A stretch of 64,000 bases of DNA. It comes from Paraphysomonas bandaiensis (Eukaryota > Protista > Chrysophyceae). Both the position numbers and the translations under genes were made by a program. Location of the stretch: the NCBI GenBank assembly GCA_965644295.1, contig CBFFRP010000363.1, positions 558,001 to 622,000 on the forward strand. Reading direction: 5' to 3'. The notes under the pieces are model-generated. The model was not told where the DNA came from. It made no database searches and saw nothing but the letters and a program-made list of their open reading frames with translations. Shown piece after piece: positions 55,401 to 64,000 of this stretch (its first letter is position 1; each line of letters opens with the position of its first letter).

Positions 55401-58119
55401 ACTGAGAAAGTGAATACTGTGACTGCTTGTGAAGATGCTGAGTCAATGAATGTGACTGTGGAAGCAGCACCAGAGGTCGTTGCAACTGAGACTGTTATCG
55501 AGGTTTCAGAGGCTGTTAGTCATGAAGCTGAGCTGACCAATGACACAATCACCGTTGAGACTGAGAAAGTGAATACTGTGACTGCTTGTGAAGATGCTGA
55601 GTCAATGAATGTGACTGTGGAAGCAGCACCAGAGGTCGTTGCAACTGAGACTGTTATCGAGGTTTCTGAGGCTGTTAGTCATGAAGCTGAGCTGACCAAT
55701 GACACAATCACCGTTGAGACTGAGAAAGTGAATACTGTGACTGCTTGTGAAGATGCTGAGTCAATGAATGTGACTGCGGAAGCAGCACCAGAGGTCGTTG
55801 CAACTGAGACTGTTATCGAGGTTTCAGAGGCTGTTAGTCATGAAGCTGAGCTGACCAATGACACAATCACCGATGAGACTGAGAAAGTGAATACTGTGAC
55901 TGCTTGTGAAGATACTGAGTCAATGAATGTGACTGTGGAAGCAGCACCAGAGGTCGTTGCAACTGAGACTGTTATCGAGGTTTCAGAGGCTGTTAGTCAT
56001 GAAGCTGAGCTGACCAATGACACAATCACCGTTGAGACTGAGAAAGTGAATACTGTGACTGCTTGTGAAGATGCTGAGTCAATGAATGTGACTGTGGAAG
56101 CAGCACCAGAGGTCGTTGCAACTGAGACTGTTATTGAGGTTTCAGAGGCTGTTAGTCATGAAGCTGAGCTGACCAATGGCATAATCACCGATGAGACTGA
56201 GAAAGTGAATACTGTGACTGCTTGTGAAGATGCTGAGTCAATGAATGTGACTGTGGAAGCAGCACCAGAGGTCGTTGCAACTGAGACTGTTATTGAGGTT
56301 TCAGAGGCTGCTAGTCATGAAGCTGAGCTGACCAATGACACAATCACCGTTGAGACTGAGAAAGTGAATACTGTGACTGCTTGTGAAGATGCTGAGTCAA
56401 TGAATGTGACTGCGGAAGCAGCACCAGAGGTCGTTGCAACTGAGACTGTTATCGAGGTTTCTGAGGCTGTTAGTCATGAAGCTGAGCTGACCAATGACAT
56501 AATCACCGATGAGACTGAGAAAGTGAGTACTGTGACTGCTTGTGAAGATGCTGAGTCAATGAATGTGACTGCGGAAGCAGCACCAGAGGTCGTTGCAACT
56601 GAGACTGTTATTGAGGTTTCAGAGGCTGTTAGTCATGAAGCTGAGCTGACCAATGACACAATCACCGATGAGACTGAGAATGATGTTTATCAAAGTGTTG
56701 CATCTTCTAAACTATGTGACGATTTTAGTTGTTTTGAATCTGTTGGAATTACTAGTTGTGTTCCTGAGATTTCAATGTCTGGATCTGACTGCAGTAATCT
56801 GCGCAGAATATCAGATGGTCTTTCCTGTCATGATGAGTATCTTGAAGCATTACACATGCCAAAATATTCACAAGCAGAAGTTGATGCCCTGAGAGCTGAT
56901 TGGGTGCGAGAGATGGAGAATAATATTGCCCAGATGAATAAAAGCACACATGAAGAAATGGATGATAAGATTTGTACGTTGCAGATGAAATGCGTCTCTC
57001 TTGAAGAAGAGAAAACGTCACTTTTGGCTGAGTTATCAGCGCAACAAGAATCCCATAATGCTTACGTCCAGGTGTCAGAGCTAAAACTTTGCGACTTGAA
57101 TCGTAAGCTTCAGGTATTTCATGAAATTTTATTGTTGGGGTGAAGTAGTAACATTTCTGTTTTTATAGAATGCTGTGAATGAAGTTGTTTCTATGAAAGT
57201 TTCTCATTCTAATGAACTCGACACCGTGAAAGCCTCTTATACAAAGCGTCTCAACGACATGTTTCAATCTCAAGGAGAATCTCTCAATGATATGCGGGTG
57301 AAGCTCTCAAATGAACTGACAGAAAAATATGAAACTCAACTACAAAATGAAAGAGCGGTATCAGAAAAACTAAGGCAAGACCTCAAAAATGCTACTGAAG
57401 TCGCTGCTACACTTCGAGATCAGATAGAGTCTGCTGTAGCTGATGCTAAGCGCAAAGTATATGAAAAAGCTAAAGTGCAGTTCGAGGAAGGCAACAAACG
57501 GTTTCTCATGATCAAAACTCAGTTGACAGATGCAAAAGTTGAGATTGATAGAGCCCATGGAAAAATTGAAATTCTCCAGAAAAACATACGTGATATGACT
57601 TCACAACTAGAAGAATCTCGTAAAAATGAAGACTCTATTCGAGGATCAATGCAAAAAATTGATACGGCACTGAAGAATCTTGTTGAAGCAGGGGGCGTAG
57701 TTTATCCATTGGAAGGTACTAGAGAAGAAAAAATGGCAGCTATTAAGAATACAGTTGATACGAAAGAGAGTCATATTAAAGCTCTTTCTGAAAAAATTGA
57801 GGCATTTCAAAAAGAAGTATCCGATTTAAATCAGACTATTTTGGTTAAAACAAAAAGCTTTGAACAACTACAGCGTGAGAGAGACTCATGTATTGATGAG
57901 TTGTCTGATGCAAAGAAGGCAGCTGCTACTCACATGGAAGCTGTTGAGTCTATGACAGCCGAAAGAGAGGCTCGTACAGTATACATTGCTGACTTACTCA
58001 AAGTCAAAACTGAGTTGGAGAGCGAAATTTTATGCCTAAAGGAAGAGAATGCTCATATCAGCAGAAACGCAGAGGAAGCTGTAGCTCTACTTGAGAAGCA
58101 CTTTCTTTCACAAACATAG
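52407..58119 (+). CDS. Large acidic repeat protein with C-terminal coiled coil, possibly TACC-like (intron 57114-57168)
   Basis: 1578-aa ORF spliced in frame to a 314-aa coiled-coil ORF; KYSQAEVD and terminal KEENAHISRNAEEAVALLEK resemble TACC domain ends; several S/T-P sites in the N-terminus. Confidence 0.7.
53271..56680 (+). repeat. Coding tandem array, 159-bp (53-aa) unit, about 21.4 copies
   Basis: Unit IEVSEAVSHEAELTNDTITDETEKVNTVTACEDAESMNVTVEAAPEVVATETV; period measured 53287 to 53446. Confidence 0.98.
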
Positions 58120-58697
58120 TTGATACTACTATTTGATGTAGTATATATTGCTAAATATTGATTGCTTGATCAGTTTTGATGTTGATCAAGTAAATCGGTG
58201 ATGTAAAAATGGTCATAGGTGTTTTTGATCATATAATAATTTAATGCACTAACTCTGAAATTTCAGGCATATAAAATGTATAAAAGTTAAAAATCATTTA
58301 TACATTTTTTTCTTCTGCGCTTTTTATACTTTCGATTCGGGTATGATATAATGAAATAAACAAAGCGTATTTCTTCGAAACAGGAGCGAATAACAACTAA
58401 CATCTTTAAACTTTAGATGACGGAGATTCCTACTAGTTTTTTCGTGGCAAATCCTGCTGACATCTTCGAAAGAGAGCAAAAGTGGTTGCACCTTGGTGCT
58501 TGCGCACATGCAGCTTTCAAAATACGCTAGTATTTAGTATTTTATCTTTGATATCAATGCATTTTTAGAACTGATACTACTATGTACATATATTGAAAGT
58601 CTTATTATTAGCAGTAGGTTTCAAGAACCAACACCAGATAATTTGTTAGATGAAGTCTAGTCCATCTAGATCGACTTCTATTTGCACCTAACTAGCA

Positions 58698-59113
58698 CTG
58701 TTGAGTTCTGCAATATGATGTGATATATATTGTGCAATTGAAGTGAGTTAATAGTGTGCAGTAGGTGAAGTCAACTCATTGGTGTAACGGGTGATTATAG
58801 TTACAAAGGAATTAAATTCAGTTACTGATAACATTGGTGCAAGTTTATAACGCCTATTGCTAAATAATATGACTTTCAATATAGTTACTGATGTGTGACT
58901 ATGAAAGATATAGAAATGACTGATGAACATATGATAAACAGATGTTGCTGAGAACAGATGTTTTATCAGATGTTACACGAATATGTAGTGAAGTGTTCTG
59001 GTTAATAAATATGATTTCTTACTTGAAAGCCTTGAAAGCGCGTTGTCTTCAACAAAGCAAGGTTAAGCTTTACGTGTAGAGCAAAGTTAACTTCAGTGAA
59101 ATGTCCAATTCTA
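58698..59113 (-). repeat. Dispersed repeat family A, copy 3 (inverted, carries a 53-bp insertion)
   Basis: Reverse complement aligns to copies 1 and 2. Confidence 0.85.
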
Positions 59114-59195
59114 ACAAGCATAAATCCTCATATCCTACTATGTTACGCTACAGAAGCTGCTTGTGCGTCGCCGCAAGCACCAGGGTGTGACTCGT
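59111..59195 (+). repeat. Dispersed repeat family C (other copies about 20320-20460 +, 31652-31680 +, 39700-39810 -, 58477-58520 -, 60930-61017 -)
   Basis: Core tactat.t.acgctacagaagctgcttgtgcgtcgccgcaagcacca.ggtg recurs in both orientations. Confidence 0.8.
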
Positions 59196-60929
59196 ATGTG
59201 AGGGAGAGCTCTCTATGGGCTTGAGTTCTTGGAGTGCAGAAGGGTTGGGTCAGGGGGACGTCCCTTGGGGTAGGGCTTCGCAGGACTTTGTCGTGGAGGA
59301 TTTTGTATCAGTGCGTCAAGTGTTTCTAACCAGAGATACATGGGCGAGGGGAAAAATTCCCGCTCTTCTGGTAGAAACACAGTCCAACAAAAAGTTACAC
59401 CTTTTTAACTCGCTCCAAGCTCAATGTCTCCATTGAGACCGTGGTTGTGTCCCATCAGCGGGTCCGGGCTCAGACTGTTCCCTTCTCTCCAAGCAGGGCA
59501 ACATTTTGAAACACACCACACTGCCGACAAACACCTTGTCTTACCATGTTGTACATGCTCCCCGTTAGATAACGTGGCTTTGCAACCATTCTATTCACTA
59601 ACGCCGTCAGTTAAACTAAGTGCCTGCACCACTGCAGCGCTGTCTGTTCCTATTGGACATCTCCCTTGTAGACGCATCTGTCTCACACACCGTTCTCTAC
59701 GGTTACAACCACTCATCGCATGGCTCGTGCGGGTAGGCACTCGAAAACGGTCCACTTGTTCATTCGCTAACACCCATGTTCTCCATCGGCCCCGCTACCT
59801 TGTAAGACAGGACCATTTCTTGACGACCGCACAAACCAACCCAGCATGGTTAGTCTGTGCGTCTATGCACCAAGCAGAGCACCCCCTCACCCTGTTTGCC
59901 TATCATCCCCACAGCCCACACATCTCATTGGATGGACACAGTATTCCGCATACAGTATACTCGACTACATTCCAATACGGTGCAAATATACTGCAGTACA
60001 CCACACAGCTCACTCCGTCCCATGTACCTGTACTTGTACCTGTATACCTGTACTGTTGGACACATCACCATGTCCATGTACCTGTATACCTGTACTGTTG
60101 GACACATCACCGGCTCTTCTCTCTGTCCAACACACTCATAGCACCGCTGCACTGTCATACACACGCACCTTACACTCTACCTCCTCCTCGAGAACCTCCA
60201 GACAAACCATCTCCCCTCCCTCCGTCTCTGACACCTTGCCGTCATCTTCCTTCCACACACACTCTATGCCTCAGCCTGTACCCCCCTGCACCAACACAGA
60301 CACTAACAAGGGCAGCTGAGGACGTCCGAGTGTCTCCTCCAGACCATCATCATCATCACGATCTTCTCGTGCATAGGGCTATCAGAGTACTCGACCTCAG
60401 TGACTCTTGTTCTGTTGCGCAGTCCCACTCTCCTCAATCAGATGTTGCCTCTTTTGCACCGTCACACTCCCTCTCGACTCCCTGTTGCTGGATGACCCTC
60501 ATATCCCACTCCTGTCCAGCTATACACTCTCTTGCATGTGCTCTCTACCGCTGGCTAAGACAGCAAAAGAGTCGATTTCGACGCTTCTTCACAGTAGGCC
60601 ATAACCTTTTGCAAGACCTTCATCCACATACCTCCGAGCCACTTGGCACAATGCCTAAAGGAAGGCCACCAGATCGCCAATATAAGCAGGGTATAGTACT
60701 GTGTTCCCCTGGTTGCCGTGAGGTACATAAAGCAGTCCCCGATGCAAATTGCACACAATGTATGTGTAGTCTTAAGCGTTCCAGTGTTGTAGTAGTAGAC
60801 TTAGCTCACTGCTTTCACTTGTCATGCTGTACGTTGCACAACGTGTCCCCTACATACACATCTATCATATAGCGCCGCTGAGTCCTAGGACACACGACAA
60901 TGGCGAAACTCGCAATCAACATCAAGAAC

Positions 60930-61017
60930 GGAAGTGGTCGCACCTTGGTGCTTGCGGCGACGCACAAGCAGCTTCTGTAGCGTTAAATAGTAGGATAATG
61001 GAATTTGTGCTGATTAG
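60930..61017 (-). repeat. Repeat family C copy, inverted relative to 59111-59195
   Basis: gtcgcaccttggtgcttgcggcgacgcacaagcagcttctgtagcgttaaatagtaggata is the near-perfect reverse complement of 59131-59190. Confidence 0.85.
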
Positions 61018-61458
61018 TTATGGGTAGAGGTCTAACTAGTATGTCTAGCATTCAACTAGCCACTATATTGGCACAGGTTTTTAACGCCTATTGCTAAATA
61101 AAAAGACTTTCAATAATGGGCGAGGGGATAGATTGGGGCGTCGGCATGTCTTTGAATGGCTCCAGCCGCGAGTTGGCATAGTGGCGTCTCCGCTGATGCA
61201 GGGGTAGTGGAAGAGGAAGGCAACCGGATCTAAAATAAATTCATGGGAAGGTTATAAAAAGTAATATTTTCCAATTTAAAATTTATACGCACTATTGGGC
61301 AGAGCAAATCTAAGACTAAATTGGGGACTATGTTGATAAAAAACGAAAAATCTTTGTCAATATAGACACCTATTTCTATAATATTCAACGGTATCGAAGC
61401 AAAAATATAAATTATGTACAAGTCATCATTACAGCCAATGATACTTGCACACACATTT

Positions 61459-62092
61459 TTAGGTTAGGCTTCCTAGAATTTTAAAGTGATCTTCACTTAA
61501 TTCAATCCCGGCCTCTTCTTCGTACCACTGCAGAACATTGACGCATCCTGACGCAGCAGCAGCTAACGACGGTGTTACACCATTTTCATTGGGAGCGTAT
61601 ATATCTGCCCCCTTCGAAGCTAAATACTCAATGATATCTGGATATCCCCGCTTAGCAGCATGCCAGGACGGCGAGCAGAGTGCATTATCAACGATATGTA
61701 TACTACATCCATGCTCTACCAACAAGTGAAGGGCTTGCCTTCGCGCGTGTAAACAAGCTAGTGCACATGGAGTCAAACCAGAAAAAGTTTGAGCATCGAT
61801 GGTGCACCTACAAATAAACTATGAAACAGTTCGCTATTCGCCTGGAATCATCATACCCGTGACTAATAAGGAGGGATATACATGGACAATGCCCATACTG
61901 GGATACAATATGTAACGGTCTTGAACCATTATCATCAAGAATGAGATCCACATCGCAACCAAGCTCAATAAGTCGTGATATTTTATCTGCTGCCCCCCTT
62001 CTGCAGCACCGAGCCATGACCTCTGGAAAGTTTATTTCTTTCTTCACAGGGGAGAAAGACGGTAGAGCTGCCTTGCCTGGAGATCGGGGCAT
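61459..62092 (-). CDS. Small ankyrin-repeat protein (2 exons)
   Basis: GSRPLHIVSQYGH, GLTPCALAC, SPSWHAAKRGYPDIIEYLASKGADI, GVTPSLAAAASG. Confidence 0.85.
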
Positions 62093-62633
62093 CACAAGAC
62101 GGTTACATTACCATAAACGATGCCAGTCAACGGACAACAAGTCGAGTAATTGTTGATGTCTAGATCACCAGCTACCAGCTACCAGCTACAGTTGCTGGAT
62201 ATATGAATCAATCATCTCTCTATATATGAGAGAGATGATACTGTATAGGTATACGGTATACCATAGCAGTAGTATGGTATGCAGTATGCAGTGATAATAA
62301 GATACTGTACACTGCAGTGATACTACACTGCACTACTTGGATGACTTGCTGCCAATAATTTCCTGTAAACGTATTATGATTGGTTCGGCATAATCTATAT
62401 GCAGCAGTATCTCTGTATACCAAGCAGCTTCAGTGCCGAGAGCGAGTGATCTTGGTGGATATGTTCCATCATACGTGCTCGTGCTCATCCATCCATATGG
62501 TAGGAAATTTCGATGAATTAGAGTTGGAGAAACCATATGAGGAAGTCCACTTTAGGAGTGCAGCAGATGCTTTACTTCAACAGCGACACATTGGAGGAAA
62601 GAACCTCTGCTCACATTTTCTTGTACTGAGATC

Positions 62634-64000
62634 ATGTTTACCCTCCTTTGTTTTATTATATTTTTATGCACAGTTATGTTATCTCGAGGTCACGGGTTCC
62701 TTGCGAGACCTGTTTCCCGAAACGCTGTGGGTATCGAGTCGAATGGTTTCTGCCAATGGGGTGATCGCATACCTTGCACTGGATGTGCTCATTGCTTTAA
62801 TCAACCGGAGATCACTACTGGATGTGGAATTATCCAGAGTAGAACTGGCGTTAGCGTGTACGGAAATGGGGAACTTTCTTATGCGAATACAGGTGGCTCG
62901 CTTATTTCTTCGACTTAGTTTCTAACTTTAATCAGGTGTGAAAACAACTTACATGAGTGGCCAAACTGTTTCCATGGAAGTTATTATCCCTGTTTATCAC
63001 GGGGGACATTTTCAGTTCCGTATACAAGATGTTGGCGATAATAGCGACCCGGATGGCTCCCAATGGCGAAACCTTGAGCCTCTAACTGTTGAGTCCTTTT
63101 ACCCTCAGTGCGACGATGTATCACAGGGTTGCGGTCCAGACCCTTGTCTATCTGAAAAAACTTGTGCTACTATTCCTTTGCGCAAGTATGGCGTACACAA
63201 TGATCATTATATCATTAACGTAACGCTTCCTCATGGACTAGTTTGCAGCCATTGTGTGCTACAGTGGCACTGGTTAACAGGGAATAGCTGCTGGCCAGAC
63301 TGGGTTGCTTGTGAAGGATCTGAGGAATTCTGGAACTGTGCTGATCTAGAGATTCTTCCCTCTGACTACACCCCGCCGCCTACAGCTGGCCCACCTCCGA
63401 CTCCAACACCTGCTTGCTCTACTGAATTGGGTGAAATAACTTGCTCGGGACATGGCATTGTTAAATGTCCTCCAGATGTATGCTGGCGTCCTGTGTGGAA
63501 GTGGCCAAATGACTACTGCGAGTTACGAACCTCACCATGCGCAGGTTGGGAACGAGACCAAGGAGGGTTGTCTTGGGAGCAGTGCTGCGCGTATGGGGGT
63601 CACTGCAAGGGCACAGGGCTATCTAACCCCCACCCGGAATTATGCCAATGTCAATGTTTTGATGGATATACAGGGGAGAATTGCAATATTTGTGCATACG
63701 AGTTTAATACCACTCTAACTGCCCCACCATCCTTTTCTCCAACCCTTCGTCCGACTGTGAGCCCCACTAATCCTCCTTCACCTAGACCATCACCAGACAG
63801 AGATTGTGAAAACCAGTGTTATTCAACTACTCCTTGTAGTGTATGGTACTATAATCTAGTTGACAGCTGGTGTCAAATTGACTGTGCACACTTGACAGAA
63901 CGCTATCCGTCAAGATGTATCACAGGGTGTCGTGATACTTCGTATGATAATACCGTGACTTCTCTACAGGACACTGTTTCCCGCTTGCTCTTTGGAGTGG
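62634..64000 (+). CDS. Lytic polysaccharide monooxygenase (AA15/AA10-like) with P/T linkers and an EGF-like module; runs off the window
   Basis: Signal peptide ending SRG then N-terminal His (HGFLARPVSRN), second His in YHGGHFQF, LPHGLVCSHCVLQWHWLTGNSC, EEFWNCAD; intron near 62893-62936. Confidence 0.85.

Noticed and set aside
53271-56680. CRISPR-like array
   Set aside because: No unique spacers; in-frame coding tandem repeat; eukaryotic context with no cas genes.
59133-59142. TCCTACTAT as a Helitron 5' end or a TA-flanked Tc1/mariner TIR start
   Set aside because: Homology among family C copies continues beyond this point, so it is not a clear terminus.

Overview
Eukaryotic nuclear DNA with many short (about 40-60 nt) GT-AG introns. 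It is most likely a flagellated stramenopile (ochrophyte/chrysophyte-like), inferred from a Sig1/Ocm1-type mastigoneme gene. About 18 protein genes are recognisable: prefoldin 4, class 3 lipase, glycerate 3-kinase, GT92/GT2-like glycosyltransferase, MER3/HFM1 meiotic helicase, UDP-galactopyranose mutase, mastigoneme protein, UGGT, GNAT, RING-Bbox-filamin-NHL protein, 7TM receptor, beta-helix/multi-TM surface protein, NFU1, TACC-like protein with a 159-bp tandem array, ankyrin protein and an AA15-like LPMO. There are also dispersed repeat families, a decayed MULE-like element and a 630-bp (CATA)n tract. The main discovery is a circularly permuted tRNA-Arg(CCU) gene at 47583-47662. Its 3' half lies upstream of its 5' half, joined by a 7-nt linker. 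The flanks form a bulge-helix-bulge splice motif at position 37/38, the leader carries a surrogate A box and a T9 terminator follows. To my knowledge such genes are reported from red algae, prasinophytes, chlorarachniophytes and a crenarchaeon, not stramenopiles. Gene boundaries were worked out by hand and are approximate where stated.
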